A stretch of DNA of 64,000 bases from Myxococcales bacterium (GTDB lineage Bacteria; Myxococcota_A; Polyangia; Polyangiales; DASUME01): positions 4,128,001-4,192,000 of the forward strand of contig JASGJH010000001.1 in the NCBI GenBank assembly GCA_047601445.1, given 5' to 3'. The first letter of the stretch is position 1. Each line of letters opens with the position of its first letter. Position numbers and translations under genes: made by a program. The notes under the pieces were generated by a model that saw only the letters and a list, made by a program, of their open reading frames with translations, had not been told where the DNA came from and made no database searches. Positions 8,481-19,400 of the stretch are shown here, in pieces.

Positions 8481-11400
8481 GGAAGCGCTGTGACCTCCCT
8501 CGTCTCGCTATGTGCCGCAGCCAACGCTTCCACTCGGCGAGCCGCGGGATCCTTGGCGGCCAAGCGCTGATACTGAGCGAACAGCGTGGGGTGCTGCGTG
8601 TTGCGGACCCACTTCTCCATGGCCGACAGATGCGTCGAGTACGCCGGGCGGTCACTCATCTGAAGCGCGAGCTCCGCGCGAGCCCCGTGACTGAGCCCGT
8701 GCAGCATGGGATTGTCGTGGGCTTCTTGCTTGGCGAGTAGCGTGTCGAGCAGGTCGCGTGCACGCTCGAGTTCTCCCAGCGCCAGATGCGCCAGCGGCAG
8801 CTCGAGTTCCACCGCGAAGGTCATCATCGTGAACGCGGCGTCCTCCGTGCGTAGCCCCGCCAGGGCTCGCTCGCATACACACCGTGCTTGGGCTGCTTTG
8901 CCCGCCTTGCGGAGGATGCGCGCGTAGGCCCCGAGGTACTGGACCTCGCGCGTAGTCAGCGCCGAGCCCGCAATCGACTCGAAGAAACCGCCGTAACGAG
9001 CCAGCGCCTCGTGCGGCAAGCCACGCTCGGACAGGTAGCAAGCGTGGGTCACGTCGCGCAGTCGTGCCACGGAGGGCACTTCATTGGCGATCGCCTGGAT
9101 CTGCTGGGCGGCCCGCTTGAGAGCCACCACGTCTTCACACAGCGTGAGACTATTCCAGAGCAGACGCGGCACCTGCATGTCATGACGCCAGACCGCGTTG
9201 GTCTCGGCGGCCAGCTGGTCGAGCTCCTCGACGTGGCGCAGGAACTCGACACGCTCGCCGCGGTGGCCGTGATAGGCGACCAACATCGTGGAGCGGGTCT
9301 GGCGCGAGGTGAAGGTACTGAGACGCTCGATGGAGCCTAGGTGCTCTTTCACGGCGTCGTCGGTGCGTGTGGCGTCGAGCGCGCCCAGCATGACCAGGAT
9401 GCCGGCCTCGAGCTGGTTGCGGGCGTCCGGCGGGATCGCTTGAGCAGCCGGAGAGCATACGTACGTGAGCGCCCGCCGTGCCAGCTCGCGCGCGGCGCCA
9501 AACTCTCCATTCGCAAGGTGGATCAACGAGCGCTGAAACTCGTGGATTTTGTAGACGCGGTGGCGCTTGGGGAAATACGCCAACATCGAGAGCTGCTCGC
9601 CGATCTTGGCGGCTCCCTCCTCGTCCTGGAAGACCGTGCACACGCTGAGCACGGCCGTCCCGATGCCGATCAGGCCGAGTAGCACCGTGCGGAAGCTGGT
9701 GGCGCCCTGACGCCGTCCCGGCACGAGCATATAGGCCACAAAGGCCAAGCTCATGCACAGCCACAGAGCAAAACGGCCCCCCAAGAAGCGTGCGACACGG
9801 CGCGCGGCCTTGAGCCCGGCGAGCTCTTCGAACACGTCCATGAGCTCGCCGCCGTAGCGAAACGTCAGGCGGAAATCGACGTAGGCTCCCGCCAGCGTCA
9901 GCGCCGGGAGCAGGGGCGTATAGGAGTACCGATGCAGCCCGAGCGCCTTGTGGGTCTCCACCGCGGCTTCCAGATCGGGCGCGGCCTGAGCCAGCATGTC
10001 ACCGCGGATGGTCAGCTCCACCGCCGCCGTGCGTAGCACCTTTCGACCCGTTGCGACCTGGCCAGCGCGCATCAAGTGCAGCCCCATGCTGATCGCACGT
10101 ACGAGCTGCGGAGTGGACACACGGTCCAGTTGATTCGCCTCCACGGCCGCCGCGGCGTCCGGGTCTGCGTCTCGGATGGCCTGGGCGAGCTCACGGTGCA
10201 GGACCGTGCGCTGCATCGAGTCGATCGCGCCGAGCAGCTCACGTCGCACCGCTGCCTGCGCCACGCGATAGCCCTCGGGTGTGTCCACGATAAGCTGTGC
10301 AGTGATCAGCTGCTGCAGAGCTTGGCGCACGCGGCCGTCCTCCGCGCCCGCAGCCAGAGCCTGGCAGATCCCCTCATTCACGGTTCCACCGTGGAGGGCC
10401 AGGGCTCGCGCCAGCCGCTGAGCCAGCGCAGGGAGCGTTTGAATCCTGTCGGCCAGTGCACTCTCGGAGAGCTCATCTGGGGCTTCGTCGGTCAGCGCAG
10501 CCGGTAGAGTCCAGGTGCCCCCGACATCCCGGATCACGGAGCGCGCGAGCAGCTGCTTGAGCAGGCGCATCGTCTGGCCCGGATTGCCGCGTCCATGACT
10601 GAGCAGCCATTGCGCGAGGCGCACGCGGTGGGGCACATCGCCGAAGATGGAGTGCAACAGCTCGTTCACCGCAGCTTCCGGAAGCGTGCTCAGGAGCAAC
10701 GAATCTCCCATGAATGCGAGCTGCTCCACACCGGGCGGTGCGCGTCGCGCCAGGCTACGGCCCACGCTCAAGAGGAGAGGGGCACGCCGCGCGGCCTGAC
10801 CGAGCAGGGTGAACACCAGGGCCGATTCCGGCGGCACGAGGTGGGCATCGTCGATCGCGACGAGGAGAGGTCTCCGCCGTGCCACATCGGCCATCCACTC
10901 CGCGACGGCCTCCTGTTCCGCCAGGGAACGACTCAAGGCTTCGACCGGCTCGTGCGCAGGCTTGGCGGGGGTTGGCTCCGCTTTCGGATCGCCCTCGCCC
11001 AACAGTGACGCCAGCCGCGCCCGATAGGGAGCGATGCACGCACGGGCATCATCTGGAGCGACCGACAAGACCGCGCGCACGAGCCTCGCCAACAAGGAAC
11101 TGCGCTCGGCACTGGGATCGCCCGAGATCAGGACGGTGCGGAGACCCTCGAGGCGCGCCTCGATGGACAACTCGCTCAGTAGTCGCGAGCGGCCCATGCC
11201 CGGATCGCCCAGCACGGTGACGACATCCCCCTTGCCTCGCAAAGTGCTCTCGCAAAGCTGAAGGAGCGCGCGCTGCTCCGCTTTGCGCCCGACCAACACG
11301 CCCGCAGCGAGCCGGCTCTCCGCGATGTTGAGCAAGAGGCCGTCGTCGAGCTGACCGATGGCGCTCAGGCGGTCGATGACGTCGGCCGCGCTCGCAGCCC

Positions 11401-12160
11401 GTCCGAGGGGATCGATGCAGAGCAGCGACTGCACGAGCTCGTTCAGGGCTTCGGGGATCTCCGGGTTGAAGTGGGAGAGCGGGAGTGGAGGCGTAACCCA
11501 AGCCTGCTCGGCGTCTCTCATGCTCCTGATCGCATAGGGCTTCGAGCGCGTGAGGGCCCAGTACATCACCACGCCCAACGAAAACAGATCCGTGCGCGCG
11601 TCGAGGGCGCGGCCTCGCAGCGTCTCCGGAGCAATGCAACTCGGTGTGCCCATCAGCTCATTCGCCACGCCAAAAGGCGAGAGCGCACCGAAGTCCAGGA
11701 GTTTGGCATGGCCGTGCTCGTCGAGCCGCACGTTCCGCGGGTTCACGTCGCGGTGAATCATCCGCTGGTTGTGGAGCAGCGCGAGGGTCGTGCACACGTC
11801 GCGGAGGTAGCGGCACACTTCGCGCCAAGGTAGGGGCGCGAGGTCCCACAGGTCCCGGCCGCCGAGTAACTCCATCGTGTAGTAGCGCTTGCCGTCGTCG
11901 GTGTGGCCGAAGTCGTAAACGGAGATCACGCGCGGGTGGTCGAGCTTGGCGAGCGTCTCGTACTCACGCTCGAAGAGCCCCACGACGCGAGCATCGTGAC
12001 GGCTCATGAGCTTGAGCGCGACGACCCGATTGCAGCCCTCATCGAGGGCGCGATAGACCGCCCCCATGCCACCTCGCCCGAGCTCGGCTTCGATGCGGTA
12101 GCGGCCCGCGATGCGCATGGGAACGTTGGTGCTCAGCAGGGCTGGCGGCGAGCTCTTCAT
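8390..12160 (-). CDS. Ser/Thr kinase fused to P-loop ATPase (AAA_16/STAND-like) and helical repeat region
   Basis: GRGGMG, ALK, HRDVNPRN, DFG, APE. Walker A GDPGMGRS, Walker B VAIDDAH. Long Ala/Leu-rich helical C-terminal half. Confidence 0.9.
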   Translation of the reverse strand: MKSSPPALLSTNVPMRIAGRYRIEAELGRGGMGAVYRALDEGCNRVVALKLMSRHDARVVGLFEREYETLAKLDHPRVISVYDFGHTDDGKRYYTMELLGGRDLWDLAPLPWREVCRYLRDVCTTLALLHNQRMIHRDVNPRNVRLDEHGHAKLLDFGALSPFGVANELMGTPSCIAPETLRGRALDARTDLFSLGVVMYWALTRSKPYAIRSMRDAEQAWVTPPLPLSHFNPEIPEALNELVQSLLCIDPLGRAASAADVIDRLSAIGQLDDGLLLNIAESRLAAGVLVGRKAEQRALLQLCESTLRGKGDVVTVLGDPGMGRSRLLSELSIEARLEGLRTVLISGDPSAERSSLLARLVRAVLSVAPDDARACIAPYRARLASLLGEGDPKAEPTPAKPAHEPVEALSRSLAEQEAVAEWMADVARRRPLLVAIDDAHLVPPESALVFTLLGQAARRAPLLLSVGRSLARRAPPGVEQLAFMGDSLLLSTLPEAAVNELLHSIFGDVPHRVRLAQWLLSHGRGNPGQTMRLLKQLLARSVIRDVGGTWTLPAALTDEAPDELSESALADRIQTLPALAQRLARALALHGGTVNEGICQALAAGAEDGRVRQALQQLITAQLIVDTPEGYRVAQAAVRRELLGAIDSMQRTVLHRELAQAIRDADPDAAAAVEANQLDRVSTPQLVRAISMGLHLMRAGQVATGRKVLRTAAVELTIRGDMLAQAAPDLEAAVETHKALGLHRYSYTPLLPALTLAGAYVDFRLTFRYGGELMDVFEELAGLKAARRVARFLGGRFALWLCMSLAFVAYMLVPGRRQGATSFRTVLLGLIGIGTAVLSVCTVFQDEEGAAKIGEQLSMLAYFPKRHRVYKIHEFQRSLIHLANGEFGAARELARRALTYVCSPAAQAIPPDARNQLEAGILVMLGALDATRTDDAVKEHLGSIERLSTFTSRQTRSTMLVAYHGHRGERVEFLRHVEELDQLAAETNAVWRHDMQVPRLLWNSLTLCEDVVALKRAAQQIQAIANEVPSVARLRDVTHACYLSERGLPHEALARYGGFFESIAGSALTTREVQYLGAYARILRKAGKAAQARCVCERALAGLRTEDAAFTMMTFAVELELPLAHLALGELERARDLLDTLLAKQEAHDNPMLHGLSHGARAELALQMSDRPAYSTHLSAMEKWVRNTQHPTLFAQYQRLAAKDPAARRVEALAAAHSETREVTALPQTSTGRSTTSAEQGPASDVALMRTGPGET

Positions 12161-12332
12161 CTACTGCGGCTCGGACCTCTTCTAGCCCACTAGATTAACA
12201 GGGTTCCCGCGCGCTTGCGTAGGGTGTCTTCCCCATGGCGACGTCGAACCATCCCAGCGTGCCGCAGGAGGGAACACATCCCCCTAGACGGGAAGCGGCG
12301 AGCACGGCGCGACAGAAAGTGGGCCGGCTCAC

Positions 12333-13331
12333 TCACCAGAAGTGATTGATCACCAGAACCGCTTGCTTACGGTTGTCATTCGTCGCCACGGACCAGGTTG
12401 TCTGCACTCCCACGTCGACGAACTTGGGATCGGAGTAGAGGATGCCGCCCTCCACGTACCCCGTGGTGCTGCCCTGGCTGCCGATCGTCGGAAAGAACAC
12501 TCGCTCCGACTGGTTCGTCCGCACCTGGATGCTGCCGCCCAACGTGAACACGATGGGAGCGCCCACACTGTTCAAGCGCAGCTGGCTACCCAGACCGAAC
12601 AGCAGGTTGCCGTCGTCCCCCTTCTGTCCGCCCACGGACACATGCTGGTAGCGAAACCCCGTGTTCGCGAACACCCCGAACATGCGGTGGGGCGCTACTG
12701 CAAACATCAGGTTGCCGACCCCGTTTGCCACGTTGCCGCCTTGGGTGAGCGAGCTGATGGCAAAGGTGATGGTCCCATTCTCGTCCGTGGCTGACTGGGC
12801 GAGCGCTGCGGGGAGCACGGCCTCGGCGCGCTGCCATACGCCATCGCCTCGCAGGCTCAAGTACCACTTCTTGCCTTGTGCAAGCCGGAAGTTGACACCA
12901 AGTGTGCCACCGACGGCGTAATTAATGCCGAGATTGAAGGCGCCCGAGCTGTTGATGCCGACGGCGTTTCCCACCGCGAAGCCCCCGCTCAAGCCGAGCC
13001 ACTTGACGAGCTGAACGTCTGCCAAGAACGACTGGGTAAACGAGACCAGCTTTGCGTCGTTGGTCGTCACCACACCCACGTTCGCCACGGGGATGGACTT
13101 CAAGTTCACGATACCCATGCCCGTCTGGCCGGTGACTCGCGTGGTCACGAACGGAAAGGGTAACGTCTGAAACGGTACGAACGCGTGGTTGTTGAGCGTG
13201 CGGGAGGCGTCGTACTTCGGTGGAAGACACGGCTCCTCGCTGCACCACGCCGCCTCCGAGCGCCCCTGCGCCTGGACCGGCGCATGCAAAACCAGGATCG
13301 CGAGGGCGCAGAGTGTCGCCAGTCGGCTCAT
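12333..13331 (-). CDS. Secreted protein, probable outer-membrane beta-barrel
   Basis: Signal peptide (MSRLATLCALAILVLHAPVQA), Gly/aromatic amphipathic strands, C-terminal VINHFW. GAGGAG RBS before the ATG at 13331. Confidence 0.6.
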   Translation of the reverse strand: MSRLATLCALAILVLHAPVQAQGRSEAAWCSEEPCLPPKYDASRTLNNHAFVPFQTLPFPFVTTRVTGQTGMGIVNLKSIPVANVGVVTTNDAKLVSFTQSFLADVQLVKWLGLSGGFAVGNAVGINSSGAFNLGINYAVGGTLGVNFRLAQGKKWYLSLRGDGVWQRAEAVLPAALAQSATDENGTITFAISSLTQGGNVANGVGNLMFAVAPHRMFGVFANTGFRYQHVSVGGQKGDDGNLLFGLGSQLRLNSVGAPIVFTLGGSIQVRTNQSERVFFPTIGSQGSTTGYVEGGILYSDPKFVDVGVQTTWSVATNDNRKQAVLVINHFW

Positions 13332-13456
13332 CGCCGCCACCTCCTCGAACACTATGGTGCGACGCTCTCAGGGCGCGCCACTCCGCACAGGACGAAATTC
13401 GCTTGCAGCCATGGGCTGGGACCCCTTCGCGGCGGCTCCAGAATAGGGCTGATCGC

Positions 13457-15574
13457 TCAGTTGCTAGCGCGTTCCGCCGACGGCGCGCCGTCGAGAGCCT
13501 CTCGCACCTGACGGACGAGGGCGCCCGGCGGAAACGGCTTGGGCAACATGGGCGTGTGACCGACGTCGCTCAGCTGCACCTCCATCCGCGCTTGCTCGGG
13601 GTAGCCAGACATGAACACGACGCGCAGGGCAGGCCGGCTACGCTTCAACTCGCGGGCAAGCTCCGGCCCCGACTTGCCCGGCATCACGACATCGCTGAGG
13701 AGCAGGTGGACGGGATGGGGCCAAGCGTCGCTCAGCGCGATCGCGTCTTCGGCGCTCGAAGCCGCGAGCACGTGGTACCCGTGTGCAGAGAGCATGCGCT
13801 CGATCAGTTCCCGAACCATCCCCTCGTCCTCGGCGACAAGCACGGTTTCGTTCCCAGGAGGCAGCGGTTGCTCCTCAGGTGCCCGAGAGGCTGCTTCGCC
13901 CGTCTCGGACGCTCGGGGCAGATAGACATGGAACGTGGTGCCTTCGCCCTTGACGCTCCTCAGAGAGAGAAAGCCCCCACTCTGTTCGACGATCGTGCAC
14001 ACCGTTGCGAGCCCGAGGCCCGTGCCTTTGCCGGGTGCCTTGGTGCTAAAAAATGGTTCGAACGCGCGAGCCTGTGTCTGGCTCCCCATCCCCGTCCCCG
14101 TATCGCGGACACTGAGGCGTACATACAGACCCGGCACCGCCTCTCGCTCACCGTCCTCACGGTCGTCCATGGACCCACCGAGGTTCACGTTCCCGGTCTC
14201 GATCTGCAGGACTCCGCCTTCGGACATCGCGTCCCGGGCATTGACGACGAGGTTTACGATGACTTGCTCGAGGAGCCCCTTGTCGGCTCGAACATGCCCC
14301 AGATTCGGAGCGAGAGACCGCTCGAGGCGGATCCGTTCGCCGAGCACCCGGTGCAACATGTCGTCGAGCTCCACCAGGAGGGAGTTGAGATCGAGCACGC
14401 GAGTCTCTTGACTCTGCTTACGACTGAAGGAGAGCAACTGTCCCGTCAGGGCGGCTGCTCTCTCGCTGACCTGCTGGATTTGCAGCACTTCGGCGCGGGC
14501 CGGGTGCTCCTTGGATAGCCTCTCGAGCGCGAGACCGCTCGCTCCGAGCATGATCGTGATCAGGTTGTTGAAGTCGTGGGCGATCCCGCCGGCCAGGCGA
14601 CCGACAGCATCCATTCGCTGCGCCTGTCGCAGGTTTTCTTCGGCACGCCGAAGCGCGTGTTCATGCTCCAATTGAGCGCGAAGATCGCGCGCGATGATGG
14701 AATACGAATCGATCCTACCGTCCTCACCGCGGTGACCGAGCATGATCTGTTGGACCGGAACGTTCGTCCGATCGGCGCGAAGCAATGCAAGCGGTCCGCG
14801 CCAGTAGCCCGCGCGGGAGACGGTCGGCACGATCTCCTCGAGGGTACGACCGAGCAACGCGTCGGGCACGAGATTGGGGAACGTGAGCGAGCCGGCGTCG
14901 GTGTCCTTTCTGAGCCCGAGGAGCGCGCGGCCTGCCGGATTGAGGTACGTCACGCGCCCATTGGAGTCCGCCGTGCACAGCAGGTCCGGACTCGCCTCCA
15001 GGATCGCGATCATCTTGGTGCGCGCCGCCTCCTCCGAGAGCTGCTCGCCAATGTCCTCGAATGTGACGGCCGTGCTTCCGGGGCGACCTTCAGGCCCCAG
15101 CAATGGCACGGTGTTGATCCTCGCCCGGATCAACGTCCCGTCGCGTCGTCGAAGCTGAGCCGAGGTGGCCGCGACGTGCCCAGCCCCGAGGCAGGCTCGT
15201 CGAAACTCCGCGGCTGTCTCTGGCGGCTCGATGGGTGCCGAGTTCCCGAGTACTTCCTGCGAGGTCCACCCAAACAAGCGCTCGGCTTCGCGGTTCCAGG
15301 CGGTCACACGTCCGGTGCGATCGACGGCCGCAACCCCGATCGGAGCTGCATCGAGCAGCGACCGAAAGGTCTCCAAGGCCTGATGCTCTCCGGCTTCCTT
15401 TTTTCTCAGCGTTCTCGCCATCCAGAGCACGACCAGCACGCCGACGGCCACCATCCCGAGCAAGGCTCCACGCGAGCGTGTCGCACTGACCGCGAGGGCG
15501 ACGAACGCGGCACCTAACCCCAGCAGGGCGCTCCAGTGCGGCAAACGATGGTGCGATGTGGAGCTTCCGATCAT
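13457..15574 (-). CDS. Hybrid sensor histidine kinase (2 TM, 2 PAS, HisKA, HATPase, receiver)
   Basis: GGIAHDFNN, NARDAM, DTGTGM, FEPFF, GTGLGL. Receiver VLVAED...SDVVMPG...KPF. Confidence 0.93.
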   Translation of the reverse strand: MIGSSTSHHRLPHWSALLGLGAAFVALAVSATRSRGALLGMVAVGVLVVLWMARTLRKKEAGEHQALETFRSLLDAAPIGVAAVDRTGRVTAWNREAERLFGWTSQEVLGNSAPIEPPETAAEFRRACLGAGHVAATSAQLRRRDGTLIRARINTVPLLGPEGRPGSTAVTFEDIGEQLSEEAARTKMIAILEASPDLLCTADSNGRVTYLNPAGRALLGLRKDTDAGSLTFPNLVPDALLGRTLEEIVPTVSRAGYWRGPLALLRADRTNVPVQQIMLGHRGEDGRIDSYSIIARDLRAQLEHEHALRRAEENLRQAQRMDAVGRLAGGIAHDFNNLITIMLGASGLALERLSKEHPARAEVLQIQQVSERAAALTGQLLSFSRKQSQETRVLDLNSLLVELDDMLHRVLGERIRLERSLAPNLGHVRADKGLLEQVIVNLVVNARDAMSEGGVLQIETGNVNLGGSMDDREDGEREAVPGLYVRLSVRDTGTGMGSQTQARAFEPFFSTKAPGKGTGLGLATVCTIVEQSGGFLSLRSVKGEGTTFHVYLPRASETGEAASRAPEEQPLPPGNETVLVAEDEGMVRELIERMLSAHGYHVLAASSAEDAIALSDAWPHPVHLLLSDVVMPGKSGPELARELKRSRPALRVVFMSGYPEQARMEVQLSDVGHTPMLPKPFPPGALVRQVREALDGAPSAERASN

Positions 15575-16419
15575 GTGACTGACTCGCAGGCTGCGTAGTA
15601 CTCCCCGCGCAGCCGAACTCGTTCGGGAATCTTCAAGGCTCTGGGCGTGTACCAGGGCGTGTACGTGCGCACGAGCTTGGGCCAGAACCCAAGCAACGCG
15701 TCGCGCAGGAAACGTGCGTTGCGGGCCAACCTTGCGGCTCCTGCCTCTGCCGCGAGCCGCTCTCGTTGGTCCGCGTGCACGAGCCGCGTCGCACGAAAAA
15801 CGAAGCGACCGAAGTGAAGCTGCGCGAACGCGCCTGCCTTTAACCGGAAAACGTACCCCTTACCGAGCGCTTGGTACGCATCGAAGGCGACCGTTCGGTG
15901 CTCCAACTCCTCCACCAAGTGCCACTCGAATAGCTCGCGCACCGCGGGATCGACCTGTTCAATCCAACCAATCTCGAGGAGAAACAACGCCATCGCGGTC
16001 GTGAACGCCTCGAAGCTTTCGGCGTAGGCGAGGTTAAATGGCATACCGCGCTCACCCGCAAAGCGCCGATAGTCGACCCCGAGCTGTGCTCGCAGCGCGG
16101 CGAGTGGCGGCGAGTGCGGGAGATTGAGCGCCTTGTTGAAGCGAGCGTGCCCCCGCGCATGCTGAGCCTCCTGAGCGCTGAAGCGCCGCATGTCCTCCCT
16201 CAGACGCTCGCTCGCAACCTGTGGAGCGGCCGTGCGCATCGTGCGAATCAGGTAAGGCTCGAGCTCTGCGAACAGGTACGACAGCGCGACGGCGAGGCAG
16301 GATAGCTCGGGCTCGCCCTTGACCAGCATGGCATCGACTTCAGCGGGTAGCTGCAGGTGAAAACTCCTTACCCGGATCTCGTCGACTCGACTCGGTGTCA
16401 TGGATTGTTTCCTCATCAT
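15571..16419 (-). CDS. Predicted metal-dependent hydrolase family protein (ferritin-like diiron motifs)
   Basis: FAELE, QEAQH, ESFEAFT, WHLVEELEHRTVAFD. Overlaps both neighbours. Alternative start at 16401. Confidence 0.8.
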   Translation of the reverse strand: MMRKQSMTPSRVDEIRVRSFHLQLPAEVDAMLVKGEPELSCLAVALSYLFAELEPYLIRTMRTAAPQVASERLREDMRRFSAQEAQHARGHARFNKALNLPHSPPLAALRAQLGVDYRRFAGERGMPFNLAYAESFEAFTTAMALFLLEIGWIEQVDPAVRELFEWHLVEELEHRTVAFDAYQALGKGYVFRLKAGAFAQLHFGRFVFRATRLVHADQRERLAAEAGAARLARNARFLRDALLGFWPKLVRTYTPWYTPRALKIPERVRLRGEYYAACESVT

Positions 16420-19400
16420 CAAGCCCCCAGACGTTCTCGTCCCCGCGTCGTCAGCGCGTGCCTGAGCTCGCTCGCAAGTCGCGCTACTTCGTTTGGGTCT
16501 AGTGGCCGATGGAAGTGTCCGCTTTCGACCAGCACGGCTGCTCCCACGTAGCCCTCTTCGTCGCGCAACGGTATTAGCCGATGCAGTGTTCTCCCGAGCA
16601 ACAGACTCTCCGTCGGTCGGCCTTCCTCATTTACGGCGCGCCCGGCCTGCTCGACCCACCAGCCGATCGGCAACGGCGGTGAATCCTTGCCAGACCTTGC
16701 CAGAAGCCGCATTCCGTTCGGGCCCTTTTGAAACAGGTAGGCGGTGTCCGCGGCGCCTGCCGCATGGACCAGCACCGCTAGCACACGCTCGGCACACTCC
16801 GCGAGCGAACGGCTCTCGGTGAGCATCTCCTGCACGGTCACGTGCGAGCCCAACCCCACCACGCCGCTATCCGGCGGTCGCCCGGACACCTCGCGCGTTC
16901 TTCCTTCCTCGAACAGGCGCTCACAGCGCTGGATGAGCCCAGGAATAGCCGTTGGTACGTACCAACCACGCATGGCGCGGGCGTGCTCCTCGTACGCAGC
17001 GCGATCCCCTGCCTGCAGGGCCACCTGGGCGCGCGCCTCGTGAAGGGCGCCGAGCGTGAGCGGGTTCTCGTTGTGCTCGAAGCGTGTCAGATAGGACTGC
17101 AATTGCTCTGCCGCCAATTGCGTGTTGCCGAGCCCGGCCTCGGCCAGCGCGAGTTGAATGGGCAGGTCCCAGTTGTGCGCGGTAAAATCGAGGTCTTCCT
17201 GAGCGATACGCCCGATGGCCGAGAGGCAAACCTCCTTGGCCCGCGCGTGCTGCCGCAACTCATTGTGGGCCCTGGCGCGCACTGCTTGCATGCGTGTCCA
17301 GCCGGTCAGCAAGAGCGGCTCCTCTTCGTCTGGCTCGAGCTCGTGCAGCGCATCCTCGGGCCTGCCGCGCCACAGCAAGTAGGACGCATAGGCGCGGTGT
17401 GCAGAGCACGCCATGGTGGGGATGTCCCGGCTCAGCCGCTGCAGCTCTTCCCAGGCGCGCTTGAGGCCGAGCACGTCGTTGGTCCTCATGCTGATCGCGA
17501 TGTTGCTGGCCGGCGCCAAGGTCTCCGCCTGCCACGCCGAGCCCTTACGAATCGCGTGTTCCTCGACACGCCGGGCGTACTCGTCGGCCAGCGCGAGCTT
17601 CCCGCGATGCGAGTAATGGAGCGTCCGTAGCCGGTCGGCGAACAAGCCGTAGAGCTGCCCGTGCGTCTGCTCGAGCTCGTCGGCGAACGCGAGCACATGG
17701 GAGTCGTCGCGGTACGACTCGAGGACACCGAAGGAGTAGGGAGCGCTGGCCAGAAGCTCGATGCGAGTAGGTTCGTCCATTCCACGTATCGGGCCCCGCT
17801 TGAGCCGCTCGATCAGCCTGAGCCCACGCATCCAGGTTTCATATGGGCGGTCCTGAACAATCGCAGCCGTGGCCATGCAGTACTCGTGAACCAAGCTCGT
17901 CACGTGGTTGCGGCCGAGCCCGGCGAGCGGCTCCAGAACGCGCGCACAGCGCATGGCGCCTTGGGGGTCGTGGCAGATGCAGCAACTCGCCGTCAGTCCG
18001 GCCATGACCTGAAACGGAAGGCGCACCGCTTCGCGAAAGCTCGGCACCAGCGGGTTGCGGCGTTGGCGGACGAATTCGAGACCTGCGTACAGCAGTCCCA
18101 GAACCACCGCCACCTTCTTGCCGAGCCAGGGACGCAGCTTGCGGATCGTGTCGAGCCTCAGGCACTCGGAGAGCCTGTCGATCGTCTCGTCGCCATAGCG
18201 CTTCACCAGTCGCCGATCCACGTAGAAGCCGGCGATCGAGAGGCAGACGAGCGGGATGAGCATCTCATGACTGCTGCGACCGGCACTGCGAAACTCGAGC
18301 AACGCGGCTTCCAGCGCGGGTGCCGCTGCGGTGTAGCTGTCGGCCCCCTTGATTTGCGTGCATGCTCGCACGACGCACTCACCGCCGCGTCCAGCCTGAC
18401 CGCCACGCATGAGGTGAAGCCCGGCAGCCAAAAGCTCCAGGTGAACGGGCTCTTTGCGTCTCAGCAGCACGTCTCCGAAGCGAGCGTGGGCACGCTGCTT
18501 CTCGGCTCTGGAGAGCTCGCCCGCGAGGGTCTCGCGCAACTCTTCGTGGGTGAATCGGTAGCCCTGCGGGGACCCCTCCAAGATGCCCTCGCGCGTCAAC
18601 CCATCCGCCGCAGAGAACGCTGCGCCATGGGGCCCATCGAACACCGCGGTGCACGCCTCGAGCGGAATGACACCAGCGTGAACGCTCAGCATTTTTCCGA
18701 GGCTTCGCTCCGAGGGCGTCAGACGCTCGAGTCGGCTCTTGAGGACGTCGAAGCGGGTCGCTGGAAGCGAGATGCTCGAGACGTCGTATGGGATGACCCA
18801 CATGCCCTCGACGAAGCGGATCACGTCCGTGCGGACGAGGTAGTCGCAGAGCTCGAGCACGTGAGCAGGGTTGCCCAATGAGACGCCGTACAGGCGCGCA
18901 GCCAGGCGGGCGAGGTGTGGAACCTCCCCGAACACCGAGGAAAGAAGTTGATCTATGTCGCCGGAGCTCAGCGCGCTCAGGCCAAAACGCGTGGCCCTTT
19001 GCGCAAAGAGCTGGGCCACCGAGCTCGCATCTCGATGAGCCAGCGGCGACGCCGTCGCGAGCACGATGAGATCGCAGCGCTCGGCTTCGATGGCGAGCGA
19101 CGTCAGCCAGGCCAGCGACGGCTCGTCGACCGCGTCGAGGTCATCGACGAACAGGGCGAGCGGCTGCTGAGAGGCAACTGCAGCGAACCAGTCGTGCAGA
19201 GCCGTCTGCAGGAGAATGCGACTCTCGCGAGCATGGAGCACGGCGGGCGCAACCGCGTCACCACCCAGCCTCATGCGCAGTCTCTCGGACAGATTCGAGA
19301 GTACGTGCGCATGCGGTTTGGCCGCCGCCAAAGCCGTCTCGGGCAGCGCGTCGAGGAGCAGGGTGCCCAGCGCGGTCGCGGCCCCGTACACCCCCTCGTG

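Noticed and set aside
13220..14518. 432-aa plus-strand ORF and similar long shadows (14576..15517, 17661..18881, 23463..24836, 29387..30799, 48353..49486, 53381..55060)
   Set aside because: All lie opposite well-supported genes and have no motifs; expected in high-GC DNA.
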